Virus record (IMG/VR): IMGVR_UViG_3300020159_002019
Span: 1 to 64,000 of that record
DNA length: 64,000 nucleotides
Reading direction: 5' to 3' (one strand)
Source: a virus
The notes beneath the pieces were generated by a model. It worked only from the letters and a program-made list of their open reading frames with translations. It was not told where the DNA came from and did not search any database. Shown piece after piece: positions 10,124 through 20,292 of the stretch (position 1 is its first letter; every line of letters starts with the position of its first letter). The translations under genes and the position numbers were made by a program.

Positions 10124-10950
10124 TATAAATAATTAACTATTTTTGCAAATGTACTATTTGGATTATACATAATAAAGTTTGTTTTCGATAAAAGGTATAT
10201 ATCAATTAAACCTTCAATAACACTATCTTCAGATGTGTGGGCATTATTAATCCACCCAGTACCTTCATTTATTTTTGTTATATAATCTTTTTTTAATCTT
10301 ACTATTATGTTGTTGGGGTATTTGTTCACTATATTTGTTTCCCATTCTAAACTATCAGAACAAAATAATATTTTTTGGCTTGGGTTATTATTTATTATAC
10401 TATTAATAGCGATTTCATACTTATCCAATGTTTCACCGATAAAATCTGTGGCTCTAGCGTGAATACCTAAAACATCTTTATTTAAGTTAAATTGTTCTGA
10501 TAAATTTTCAACCCTATCATTAATATAATTCGTAGGTATTAATGACTTTAATTTTGATGATATATTATTTAATTCTAAAAAAATAGTATTATCGTAGATA
10601 ATTACATATTTTTTTAATTCATCATATATTTCATTCATCTTATCTAAAGTCTTAACTTCACATTTTTGACTTAGAATGAATAAATCAGGGTTTTTATTTA
10701 ATTCATAATCATGTGTTATGTACCAAGGCTCTGTATATATTACAACATCATTAGGGTCTAAATCACTAATATTTACCATCTCTATTTCAGGATTAATAAA
10801 TAAGTTTTTAAAATCACCCATACATCTTTCTGTTGAATTCCAAACTAAACCAACATTTCTATTAGTTTTTTCAGCCAATTGCATACAACAACATAAAGGT
10901 ATTAATCTATTACCTAAACCACCTGAAGAATAATTAACTATGTATCTCAT
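10123..10950 (-). CDS. Fucosyltransferase-fold protein (O-FucT/GT23-like)
   Basis: GGLGNRL, LGIHARATDF, LFCSDS, DIYLLSKT...STF. Confidence 0.7.
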   Translation of the reverse strand: MRYIVNYSSGGLGNRLIPLCCCMQLAEKTNRNVGLVWNSTERCMGDFKNLFINPEIEMVNISDLDPNDVVIYTEPWYITHDYELNKNPDLFILSQKCEVKTLDKMNEIYDELKKYVIIYDNTIFLELNNISSKLKSLIPTNYINDRVENLSEQFNLNKDVLGIHARATDFIGETLDKYEIAINSIINNNPSQKILFCSDSLEWETNIVNKYPNNIIVRLKKDYITKINEGTGWINNAHTSEDSVIEGLIDIYLLSKTNFIMYNPNSTFAKIVNYL

Positions 10951-11678
10951 TTAAAAAATGATAATAAAATTTTTCTTTTATTAAAAATATCAACCCAATT
11001 ACTGATATTGTCTTTATAATTAAAATTACTTTTTTTAGTTATAAAAGTCATACCTAATAAAGCATAATTAGTTTCAACTTTAATGTGTTCATCTTCGTAT
11101 ATTAATATAATCTTATTATCTTCAATATTCCTTGTAGGTGTATTTAACTGAATATTAAAGAATTGTTCTATTGCAATATCTGGAGTTTCCCAGTTAATAC
11201 CACCATATGAATCAAAACCTAACGCCGTATTTCCTGTTAGTTTACCAGCACAAGGATGACCTGGTTTGTGTATGTAACCTTTCCAACTAGTGTCGTGAAA
11301 TACACCATAACCACCTTCTTTAATTAAATCCCACCAATAAAATAATTCACATAACACTTGTTCTTTAGCGTGTACGGAATCAAAAAAAACCAAATCCACT
11401 TGTCCTTTTCCCCATTCTTCACCTATTTTTACTGAATCATCTTTAATCCATTTATAATTTGGATTATCGCTATTGAAACCAGGGACTGGATCAATACCAA
11501 AAATTTTGTTATTATTTTCTATTGCCGTTGAAATCATTAACCTAGAACTAGCACCCTCGTAAACACCTATATCGACTAATATACCATTTTTAATTTTATT
11601 TATCGTGTCGGATAATCTTTTTGATGAGGTGTCACCAAGTTCTGTTTTAATGAAATTTAATTCGTGTTCTAGCATCAT
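10947..11678 (-). CDS. Class I SAM-dependent methyltransferase (Methyltransf_24-like)
   Basis: LVDIGVYEGASS, GIDP, DLVFFDSVH, GGYGVFHD. Confidence 0.8.
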   Translation of the reverse strand: MMLEHELNFIKTELGDTSSKRLSDTINKIKNGILVDIGVYEGASSRLMISTAIENNNKIFGIDPVPGFNSDNPNYKWIKDDSVKIGEEWGKGQVDLVFFDSVHAKEQVLCELFYWWDLIKEGGYGVFHDTSWKGYIHKPGHPCAGKLTGNTALGFDSYGGINWETPDIAIEQFFNIQLNTPTRNIEDNKIILIYEDEHIKVETNYALLGMTFITKKSNFNYKDNISNWVDIFNKRKILLSFFK

Positions 11679-11682
11679 ATTT

Positions 11683-12273
11683 TTATTTTTTTCTTAAAAT
11701 TATATATCTTATATCAGATGTCCCAATAAACTCACCTCTAGATATTTCACCATATTTAGATATTTTATTTAACCACCATTCTTCTTTTTCAACTGTCATA
11801 TGTAAAATTAAAGTATTTCTTTCGTGTTTATGTGAGTCATCGACATAAGAAATAGACAATACAAAACCTTTTTTAGCTACTCTATTAAACTCGTCTAAAA
11901 TAATATCAATATCTTCAGGGAGACAATGTTCAAGACAATCAAAGGAAGTAACCCAATCAACAGATTTATCTTCTAAAGGTATTTTTTTAGCCTCACAATC
12001 AATATATTTTATTTTTTTATTATCGATCACATTTCCTGTTGCAACACTAGCTATGTCAGCGCCATAAACCTCATCAACAAATTCACTAATTGCGTTACAA
12101 AATCTACCATACCCACAACCAACATCACAAACTGATTTTGGTTTTTCATCGAGTATAAAAGATACAGCATTTTCACCCCAAAATCCTCTACCATAACCCT
12201 CACCATGTATGTTTTCGTAGTCTTTACCGATATTACCGGAATATATTTCTACATATTTTTCTTTTTCGTTCAT
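11683..12273 (-). CDS. Class I SAM-dependent methyltransferase
   Basis: VCDVGCGYG, GADIA, IPLEDKSVDWVTSFDCLEH. Confidence 0.85.
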   Translation of the reverse strand: MNEKEKYVEIYSGNIGKDYENIHGEGYGRGFWGENAVSFILDEKPKSVCDVGCGYGRFCNAISEFVDEVYGADIASVATGNVIDNKKIKYIDCEAKKIPLEDKSVDWVTSFDCLEHCLPEDIDIILDEFNRVAKKGFVLSISYVDDSHKHERNTLILHMTVEKEEWWLNKISKYGEISRGEFIGTSDIRYIILRKK

Positions 12274-12285
12274 TTAATTATTTGT

Positions 12286-13614
12286 TTAAAAACCTATTTT
12301 TTCGTTTTCATTGAAAGGGAAGTTATTTTCCGTTAAATAAGTATAAAGGACAGATTTGTAATGTAAATTTTTTAATTCAGGTTTTAACCATAAAAATTCT
12401 TGAATTACCTTTATATCTAAAAACGGATATCTAGCTTCAATACCATAAGCCCCTGCAACGTATTCTTCCTTAGCCAAATATGATTCCATTGAGCTACCAA
12501 AAAAACTGGGCCACGGAAAAATAGTTTCTAAATCATTAGGGAATAAACCACCAAAATTACTATGTCTATATTTTTTTACACCACCAAAACCATAATCTGA
12601 AAATATTTCATCCGCACCTTGACCTGATAGGAATATTTTTTTACCATTTTTTATTGCGTTTGAACAAACATGTGATAAGTGATTAGCTCCATTATCGTCA
12701 ATTAATGATAACCAAAATTCATTATAGTCACTACTATTTGAGTAGGTAACGTATTTGAATGGTTCTGTATTATTTTCTATGAATTTATGAGCAATTTCTA
12801 TTTCTGAAGGTTGTTTAGTTAAAATATTATACTCAGACTTACCTTCCATCAAACTAAATCTATTTCTAAGTGTATTTTCATTTTCAGTTCCAATAACAGT
12901 ATAGGTTGTAAAATTTACGTTTTGATTCAATAGTTCACAACAAATAGCACCACTATCATAACCACCACTTAAACCTAAAAATAATTTCTCTCTTAAATTT
13001 TTAGTTCTTTTTGTTATTGAATTTTTAAATGCATTAATCCAATCATTATAATTCTCTTTAGTTTGACTTAAATCAAATTCAGTAATTGTTGATTGTTCTA
13101 TAATTTCACCATTATTAATATCAATAATTATTGATGTGTTAGGCGGTACTTTATTAATATTAGTATAACCTAATTTTTCTAAAGGTGTTTTATATGTAGA
13201 ACAACTTAAATTATTCTTACCATAACTAAAATATATGGGTTTGGTTCTAAAAGTATCAGATGAAAATACTACTTTATCGATATTAAAATCCAATAAAACT
13301 ATCGCAAATTCACCATCCAATTTTTTAATAAAATCAAAACCATATTTTTTGTATAAAGGTATTATACATTCACCATCCGATTTAAATTCACCAAATAAAT
13401 CATAATTATATATTTCACCATTATATAAACAATAAATATTGTCATCAATAAATGGTTGTATTGTAAAATTACCTGTAATACTTAATAAGTTATGGATAAA
13501 ATTATAACCTAAATACTCAACTATATTTGTATTATCAGGACCTCTGAATTTTGTATAAAAATTTATATCATCTATATTAGATATTTTTTTATCTGTAAAA
13601 ATAAAACTACACAT
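12286..13614 (-). CDS. Asparagine synthetase B-like glutamine amidotransferase (probable sugar amidation)
   Basis: N-terminal Cys (MCS), RGPD, YNGEIYN, DGEFA, LSGGYDSG, SGQGADEIF, EARYPFLD. Confidence 0.85.
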   Translation of the reverse strand: MCSFIFTDKKISNIDDINFYTKFRGPDNTNIVEYLGYNFIHNLLSITGNFTIQPFIDDNIYCLYNGEIYNYDLFGEFKSDGECIIPLYKKYGFDFIKKLDGEFAIVLLDFNIDKVVFSSDTFRTKPIYFSYGKNNLSCSTYKTPLEKLGYTNINKVPPNTSIIIDINNGEIIEQSTITEFDLSQTKENYNDWINAFKNSITKRTKNLREKLFLGLSGGYDSGAICCELLNQNVNFTTYTVIGTENENTLRNRFSLMEGKSEYNILTKQPSEIEIAHKFIENNTEPFKYVTYSNSSDYNEFWLSLIDDNGANHLSHVCSNAIKNGKKIFLSGQGADEIFSDYGFGGVKKYRHSNFGGLFPNDLETIFPWPSFFGSSMESYLAKEEYVAGAYGIEARYPFLDIKVIQEFLWLKPELKNLHYKSVLYTYLTENNFPFNENEKIGF

Positions 13615-13615
13615 A

Positions 13616-14287
13616 TTAATATTCCTTATTTCTAACTTGTGGAATTAGTGTGTTACCAAAAAAACCACAATTCGCACAACCTTCTAAAATATATGGTTGT
13701 ATATTTAATTTATTCAAAACATACGGTAAACTTATCTGATCTCTAGAAGAATATTTACATATTATTTCCCACCACATTAAATTCATCGTATTAATTATTG
13801 GTGTGTTTTTTCTAATACTACAAGGTAGTTCAAACAAACCATTATTTTTGGGGTAATTTTTTTTATTATAGAATAATATTTGTTCTTCAATGTTTTCTAT
13901 ATTATCGTAACCCAATTCAATTAATAATTTAGCCTCATCATAAACACAATTTCTTTCCGTGTGTTTAAATAATGCTATATCCGCACCTTTCATTATATTA
14001 TTCACAATATGGAAAGGATCAATAATAACCTCATGTGTTGAGTCAACCCAAAAATAATAATCGTAATCAGGTAAAAATAAATGAGGTATTATTTTATATA
14101 TTTTAGCATTTCTTCTACCTTTATAGTTATCATCTATTGTAAAATCACTTATTTTAATTTGTTTCCATATTGATTCATTTACTACATCATCAACAAAGGC
14201 AAAATAATCAACACCATCAAATATAAATTTAGGGTTAATTAATTTATTCTTTAACCCGCTAATTGCCGTTAATACTGCTATTTTCAT
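13616..14287 (-). CDS. DUF616/TOD1-MUCI70-like glycosyltransferase domain protein
   Basis: KIIPHLFLPDYDYYFWVD, H.ERNCVYDEA, RDQISLPYVL. Confidence 0.75.
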   Translation of the reverse strand: MKIAVLTAISGLKNKLINPKFIFDGVDYFAFVDDVVNESIWKQIKISDFTIDDNYKGRRNAKIYKIIPHLFLPDYDYYFWVDSTHEVIIDPFHIVNNIMKGADIALFKHTERNCVYDEAKLLIELGYDNIENIEEQILFYNKKNYPKNNGLFELPCSIRKNTPIINTMNLMWWEIICKYSSRDQISLPYVLNKLNIQPYILEGCANCGFFGNTLIPQVRNKEY

Positions 14288-15180
14288 TTTAATGTTTTTT
14301 TATAATTTTCAATCCAAATTTTTATATCCCCAACTGGACTCCAACCTAATAATTCTTTCGCCTTTTTATTGTCTGCCAAAGTTTCATATGGTTCAACCCT
14401 ATTACCGATATTTATAATATCTTCAACACCAAAATAACTAATAATCTCTTTAATTGAAACTGATTTACCATTACCTATATTGAATGATTCACCACCCCAT
14501 TTTTTGTCTGAAAATCCAACTAAAAAGTTGGCATCTACCACATCATTAACATAAGTAAAATCTCTTTTTTGATTACCATCATTAACTAAAGTAAATGGTT
14601 CATTATTTTTATATTGATTACCAAAAATACTTAAAACGGTACGGTAAGCACCTTCTAAAGGCATATTTTCACCGTAAACATTAAAATATCTTAATATAAC
14701 AGTATCTAAATCATATAATATTGTAAATAATTTACAATATTGTTCACCAATATGTTTTTGTAAGGCATATGGGCTTATAGGGTTTATTTTTTCATTCTCA
14801 TTTGTGGGTAAATTTTCAGCATCACCAAATATACTACTTGATGACGAAAATACAAACTTACCCACTTTTTTAGTTGCACAAGAAACTAAAACTTTTAATA
14901 AACCATCAACATTTACTTCATTATATTTTATCGGATCTTTTATTGATGGCTGAACTCTAGCCATAGCCGCAAAATGAAACACTATATCACCTTCATTTAA
15001 AATATAATCGATATTGTCTTTAGTTATATCAATTTTATAAAATTTAACTTCTTTTGGAATGTTTTCAATTCTGCCGGTTGAAAGGTTATCTATTACAATA
15101 GTTTCAATATTATTTACCATTAGTTTTTTAACTAAATGGTGTCCTATAAAGCCAGCACCTCCAATTACAATTGCTCTCAT
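14284..15180 (-). CDS. NAD-dependent sugar epimerase/dehydratase (extended SDR)
   Basis: GGAGFIGHHL, FSSSSS, SPYALQK, LRYFNVYG, DGNQKRDFTYV. Confidence 0.92.
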   Translation of the reverse strand: MRAIVIGGAGFIGHHLVKKLMVNNIETIVIDNLSTGRIENIPKEVKFYKIDITKDNIDYILNEGDIVFHFAAMARVQPSIKDPIKYNEVNVDGLLKVLVSCATKKVGKFVFSSSSSIFGDAENLPTNENEKINPISPYALQKHIGEQYCKLFTILYDLDTVILRYFNVYGENMPLEGAYRTVLSIFGNQYKNNEPFTLVNDGNQKRDFTYVNDVVDANFLVGFSDKKWGGESFNIGNGKSVSIKEIISYFGVEDIINIGNRVEPYETLADNKKAKELLGWSPVGDIKIWIENYKKTLK

Positions 15181-15851
15181 TTGTATTTATCCTTCATTAT
15201 ACTTAATTCTTTATTTTTTATTTCTTCAGGTATTGTGTCACTAAGTCTATTACCCCACAACCTATTAACTACATTTATTTTTTTAGTAAAAATAGGTATA
15301 TTATACCTAATATAAAGTCTTTTATAAAAATCACAATCCATTAACCAAATTAAATCATCATCGAAACGTTCCTTAATATTTTTACTTATAGTTATAACAC
15401 TAGGTGAACTAATAGTATTAACACCTAAATGAATATTATCATTCCAATAAGGTGTTATTGGGTTGTAAAAATTAACACCATCATTAGTATGTAAACAGGG
15501 TGTTACTAACCAATCACCATTAAAACTATTTACAATATCATTAATAGAATATTCGTCAAAAAGAAAATCGTCTTGAAATAGTATTTTTATTAAATCACCA
15601 TCGGAGTTTTCAATAGCATTATTGATGTTGGAGGATGAAGAACCTCTATTAATTTCATTTTTAATATATTTAATATTTAGTTTTTTCATCCAATAATCAC
15701 ATAACCTTTTAATATCATTATTTAGGCTATGATCAGATATAACCACCTGTATATCTTTATAGGTTTGATTATCAATTTTTTCTAAACTAAAATTAAGAAA
15801 TTCAACACCCCTACCCTTCATTTCATAACAGGGAATCGCAATAGAAATCAA
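15177..15851 (-). CDS. GT2 glycosyltransferase
   Basis: ISIAIPCY, VVISDHS, ILFQDDFL, ISSPS, LMDCDFY. Confidence 0.85.
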   Translation of the reverse strand: MISIAIPCYEMKGRGVEFLNFSLEKIDNQTYKDIQVVISDHSLNNDIKRLCDYWMKKLNIKYIKNEINRGSSSSNINNAIENSDGDLIKILFQDDFLFDEYSINDIVNSFNGDWLVTPCLHTNDGVNFYNPITPYWNDNIHLGVNTISSPSVITISKNIKERFDDDLIWLMDCDFYKRLYIRYNIPIFTKKINVVNRLWGNRLSDTIPEEIKNKELSIMKDKYK

Positions 15852-15855
15852 TTTT

Positions 15856-16869
15856 TTATCTCCTTAAAAATTTACGACCAGACTTAACCCTATCCCTCCA
15901 ATAATCGAGTAAGTCATCCATAGTTTTATTAAAAGAAATTTTTGGAGACCACCCTGTATGATTTTTGAACTTGGTAGTGTCGGGTATTTGTAAATCAGCA
16001 TCAATAGGTCTTAATCTTTCTGGGTCCACAACGATTTCAATATTCTTCACCGTTGATTTATTTATTAAATAATTCAACATATCACCAATTTTACAAGTGT
16101 AAGAACCACCAATATTATAATACTCCCCACTAATAGGATTAACTGTAACCAACATATAATAAGCTTTAACAGCATCTCTTACGTCAGCATATGTTCTAAG
16201 TGATTCTAAATTACCAACATATATTTTAGGTTCTTGTAAACCAACTTCAATCATAGCAATTTGTTTAGCGAATGTTGATTCTGAAAATACATCACCTCTT
16301 CTTGGACCTGTATGTGTAAACATTCTAGTTGTCATAATAGTCATACCATAAGCCTCAGCGTAGTATCTACCAATTAAATCAGTACCGACTTTTGATATTG
16401 CGTATGGTGATGCTGGATGAAAAGAACACTCTTCGTTTATTGGTAATTTATCTGTGGATACTCTACCAAATATTTCACTTGAAGCGCATACATGAATTAT
16501 AGAATCTTTATATGGTGATTTTTTTATCGACTCCAATAGGTTTGAAGTCCCAATAATGTTTGTTTGTAGTGTCTCACCCGGAGAATCAAAACTAGTGTGT
16601 GGATAAGATTGAGCGGCTAAATGAAAAACATAATCCGGTTTAGATTTCTCGACCGCAACCAATAATGAGGATAAGTCATTTAAATCACCATATATAATTT
16701 CAACCCTACCTTTTTTATTAATTTCATCAGACAAATGTTCAATATTTTCAAATGAATCATTCCAACGAGCCAACCCAAAAATTTTCCAATCAGTATTTTC
16801 AAGTAAAAAATCGGTTAAGTGTGAACCAACCATTCCGGTTATTCCGGTAATAAAAGCATTTTTTTTCAT
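15856..16869 (-). CDS. dmhA: GDP-manno-heptose 4,6-dehydratase-like protein (DmhA/DdahA subfamily of Gmd)
   Basis: DFLLENTD, RW, HLAAQSYP..SF, ETLQTNIIGT, THTGPRRGDVF.ESTFAKQIA, RLRPIDAD. These match the heptose-type dehydratases as I recall them, not canonical Gmd. Confidence 0.7.
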   Translation of the reverse strand: MKKNAFITGITGMVGSHLTDFLLENTDWKIFGLARWNDSFENIEHLSDEINKKGRVEIIYGDLNDLSSLLVAVEKSKPDYVFHLAAQSYPHTSFDSPGETLQTNIIGTSNLLESIKKSPYKDSIIHVCASSEIFGRVSTDKLPINEECSFHPASPYAISKVGTDLIGRYYAEAYGMTIMTTRMFTHTGPRRGDVFSESTFAKQIAMIEVGLQEPKIYVGNLESLRTYADVRDAVKAYYMLVTVNPISGEYYNIGGSYTCKIGDMLNYLINKSTVKNIEIVVDPERLRPIDADLQIPDTTKFKNHTGWSPKISFNKTMDDLLDYWRDRVKSGRKFLRR

Positions 16870-16882
16870 ATAATAATAAATA

Positions 16883-18037
16883 TTAAATATTATTTAAGAT
16901 ATTACAAAGTTTTATAATATCATCACCCAATAAGTCTTGATGATTACCGATATATAATGAATTATTATGTATAAAATCAGTATTATCTAAATTGAACTTT
17001 CTAAAACTATACTTATCTAAGTATGGTTGTAAAGCTTGATTACCACCACCAGCCATACCTAAACGATACTCAACACCATTTTTTTCCATCACATCACACA
17101 CTTCTTTTAATTTATCTTGTAATGTTATTAATGGTAACGCAAAATTACTACTACCTCCTATATTAAATTTTGTAAAATATTTATCACTATTTAGGTTTGA
17201 TAACCATGTTTCTAAATTTTCGGTTCTTCTTTCAATATTATAATCCAATCTTTTTAATTGTTCTATACCTAAAACAGCATTTAATTCAGTACTCCTCATA
17301 TTAAATCCGGCAACCGCAAACGTAAATAACGGATTTAAATTAGGGTATTTTTTTTGGTATTCTTTTTGTAGTTCAGGTGAAGCTTCTCTTGTCATACCGT
17401 GAGATCTAAATAATTTAGCCAAATCATATAATTTAGAATCATTTACACAAACCATACCACCTTCTATTGTTGTCATGTGATGTCCAAAATAGAATGAAAA
17501 TAACGATATATCGCCATAAGATCCAACTTTTTTGTCTTTAAAACAAGCTCCGTGTGATTCACAACAATCTTCAATCAATATTAAATTATGTTTTTTCGCT
17601 AAATACATAATTTTATCTGTTAAACCATTAAACCCTAAACAATGTACTAAAACAATGGCCTTAGTTTTATCAGTTATAGCCTTTTCAATATTATCAGCCG
17701 TTATCGCTAAACTATCAATATTTATATCAACAAATACCGGATGCATACCCAATTGAGTTACTGACGATATATCTGAAACCCAACCTAAAGGTGGGACTAT
17801 CACCTCACCTTTACCCACTAATTCTTTAACCATAGCTATCGATATAAAATTGGCAGATGCACCCGCATTGACCATAACACTATATTTAACACCTAACCAT
17901 TCGGACCACAATCTTTCAAATTCTTTTACTCTCTCACCATTAGTTAATCTTTGATTACTTAAAATAAAATCTGAAAGTATTTTTCTATCACCAATAGTTA
18001 CATTATCATTTATTAAAGGCCATTTATAATTATTCAT
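16883..18037 (-). CDS. Second ColD-like PLP-dependent 3-dehydratase (DegT family)
   Basis: EDCCESHG, SFYFGHHMTTIEGG (His replaces Lys), RSHG; 384 aa, lacking the extra length of E1/RfbH. Confidence 0.8.
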   Translation of the reverse strand: MNNYKWPLINDNVTIGDRKILSDFILSNQRLTNGERVKEFERLWSEWLGVKYSVMVNAGASANFISIAMVKELVGKGEVIVPPLGWVSDISSVTQLGMHPVFVDINIDSLAITADNIEKAITDKTKAIVLVHCLGFNGLTDKIMYLAKKHNLILIEDCCESHGACFKDKKVGSYGDISLFSFYFGHHMTTIEGGMVCVNDSKLYDLAKLFRSHGMTREASPELQKEYQKKYPNLNPLFTFAVAGFNMRSTELNAVLGIEQLKRLDYNIERRTENLETWLSNLNSDKYFTKFNIGGSSNFALPLITLQDKLKEVCDVMEKNGVEYRLGMAGGGNQALQPYLDKYSFRKFNLDNTDFIHNNSLYIGNHQDLLGDDIIKLCNILNNI

Positions 18038-18788
18038 TTATCCACTCCCAAGTTTTTATATATTTTATTAATTCATCTTTAGACATTTTTATTACTTTAT
18101 TATATTCATTTATATTATCATTATATTTTGGTTGTTCAGGTACGCAATTAATAGTTCTTTTATGTTCTAAATGATAAAGAACTCCTCTAGTTCTTGATAC
18201 CTTATAACCCAATTTTAGAACCCTATCAATTCTTTCATTGTCCTCAAAACCCCAAGATACGAAATTTTCATTCTCCAAACCAGCCTGTAAGTATTTTTCT
18301 TTACTGAAGAATATGGCACCACCTAAAGAGTTTGGATTAGCCATTTCACATTGATCTAAATCAATACCATCTAAATTATTTTCTTTAATGTGATTGAAAT
18401 AGTATTTTCTTACATTCATAAAATTACCACCATAGGGATAACAAATATCAAAATCACCTGATTTAATAGCATTTCTTGCCTCAATATATTGTTCAGGTTT
18501 AAATACGACATCAATATCATAATTAACAACAATATCTGTTTTAACTTTTTTAGTCATTATATTCAATAACTTTGTTCGATGAAATAAACCATCATTTTTG
18601 ACAAACATATAATTAACACCATCTCTTTTTAATAAATCTTCGTGAGATTCTTTATCTGATTCACAAACAATAATATTAGTGTTAAAATTTTTAAGTAAAA
18701 AGTCAATAACAATATTGTAGTTATTCATTCTATCCTCAGAATCAATTAATATGGGGATTATAAATGTAACATCTTTTAAATCTATCAT
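18030..18788 (-). CDS. Glycosyltransferase with GT7 C-terminal (galactosyltransferase-like) domain
   Basis: TFIIPI, NYDIDV (DxD), GLENENFVSWGFEDNE, LYHLEH. Confidence 0.85.
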   Translation of the reverse strand: MIDLKDVTFIIPILIDSEDRMNNYNIVIDFLLKNFNTNIIVCESDKESHEDLLKRDGVNYMFVKNDGLFHRTKLLNIMTKKVKTDIVVNYDIDVVFKPEQYIEARNAIKSGDFDICYPYGGNFMNVRKYYFNHIKENNLDGIDLDQCEMANPNSLGGAIFFSKEKYLQAGLENENFVSWGFEDNERIDRVLKLGYKVSRTRGVLYHLEHKRTINCVPEQPKYNDNINEYNKVIKMSKDELIKYIKTWEWINE

Positions 18789-19519
18789 ATAACAATAACT
18801 TTTTTATTTTCATTTTTTACAATATAACCAAAAATCCTTTCAAGTGAATGGTTAATTGATGGTTCGTTGTGATAACCTTTAGGTATCATTTTTAAAATGT
18901 TTCTAACCCCATCTTCGGTTAAATATTTTTTAAATAAATCGTTTCTAACCCAAAACATAGTCCCATCTATAAATGTTGAACCATATACATTAGGATCCAA
19001 ACCAAACATTTTAATTAATTCTTTAACTAAAAAGTCATTAGGTCCGACATAAGTTTCTAAATTATGTCCAATTAAACCACAAGTTTCATCGGTTTTAAAT
19101 CTATCAATTATACTATCTACAAAATCTGAGTTTCTTAAAATACCATTCATATTTCTTTCAAACCATTCTCTACCTTTTTGTATTGCACTTTCCATGCCAT
19201 AAACTTTAACCATATCTGATGGTTTATTAGGTAATCCAATACTTTTCTTACCGTGTATTTTTAATACTAAATCAGTATCATCATCTATCATAGGGTAAAG
19301 ATTTAAAAATCCACCAATATCAACACCTTTATTTTCAACCACAACAATTGTAACCATATTTGGTTTATACGAATGAATTTTATCCATAATACTTTCATCG
19401 TAATAACCATCAACTAAACTAACATATAATTTATATGGGTGATTAATATTATCCAAATAATGTGTTATTTCTTCCCACATATCGGTATAGAAAAGATGTA
19501 AACAAACAGCTATTTTCAT
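18785..19519 (-). CDS. RgpF-like (rhamnan synthesis F) protein
   Basis: IAVCLHLFY, ENKGVDIGGF, LKIHGKKS, GTMFWVR, HSLERIFG. Confidence 0.8.
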   Translation of the reverse strand: MKIAVCLHLFYTDMWEEITHYLDNINHPYKLYVSLVDGYYDESIMDKIHSYKPNMVTIVVVENKGVDIGGFLNLYPMIDDDTDLVLKIHGKKSIGLPNKPSDMVKVYGMESAIQKGREWFERNMNGILRNSDFVDSIIDRFKTDETCGLIGHNLETYVGPNDFLVKELIKMFGLDPNVYGSTFIDGTMFWVRNDLFKKYLTEDGVRNILKMIPKGYHNEPSINHSLERIFGYIVKNENKKVIVI

Positions 19520-20292
19520 ATGTTAAAAATATTATCAACCCTCTTTAATTCGTATTTGTTTCTGTCAGGCATAAAGGCTTTATCACCTTCTTTCCAATCA
19601 TTAAAATAGTTAATTAAATCTTCAATGATATCACCAAAACTACTTATAGATGAACTATTAAATAATTTTTTAGCTATGTCATTTCTAATATATGAGGCGT
19701 GATGCATTTCAATTTCATCTCTAGTAAAAACTTTACAATTACCTGGATTCATTCTTCTTGTTGGATCTACTAACACAGGGAATATATGTCCCAATACAAA
19801 ATCAACACCAGATCTGATTTTATAAATCAAACTAACATAGTATTCTTCAGGTGGATCTAAAACCCATTCACCACTCTTCCAATACGTTTGTAATTGACAA
19901 GCCGAAGAATCATAATCACCTTTAACCATTACGTCTAATACTTTCTTTAACTCATCTTCTTTATAGAATTCATCAGAATCCATTGACATAAAATGAGTGC
20001 AACCTTCCCCTTGACAAACATATAAACCCATATTCCTTTTATTCATTTCATTAATGTGTGGAATAGGAGCATTTAATTGTGGTTTATAAAGATAAAAAGA
20101 ATCAATTAAACCCTTACCTTTATATTCGGTTAATAATTCTTTTAAGTTGATTTCGGATTGATTACCCATATTAGAAATGTCTTGGTAGATTACTGTGATA
20201 TAATCGGCGACATTTCTAACAGATAAAATTGATTTTTCTAACAACTCTATTGAGTCATCAAAAATGTTATAAGCTATACCTAATTTAGTCAT
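19516..20292 (-). CDS. GT-A fold glycosyltransferase (GT2-like)
   Basis: LLEKSILSVR..ADYI, EMNKRN, HFMSMDSDEFY (DxD), MHHASY. Confidence 0.7.
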   Translation of the reverse strand: MTKLGIAYNIFDDSIELLEKSILSVRNVADYITVIYQDISNMGNQSEINLKELLTEYKGKGLIDSFYLYKPQLNAPIPHINEMNKRNMGLYVCQGEGCTHFMSMDSDEFYKEDELKKVLDVMVKGDYDSSACQLQTYWKSGEWVLDPPEEYYVSLIYKIRSGVDFVLGHIFPVLVDPTRRMNPGNCKVFTRDEIEMHHASYIRNDIAKKLFNSSSISSFGDIIEDLINYFNDWKEGDKAFMPDRNKYELKRVDNIFNI

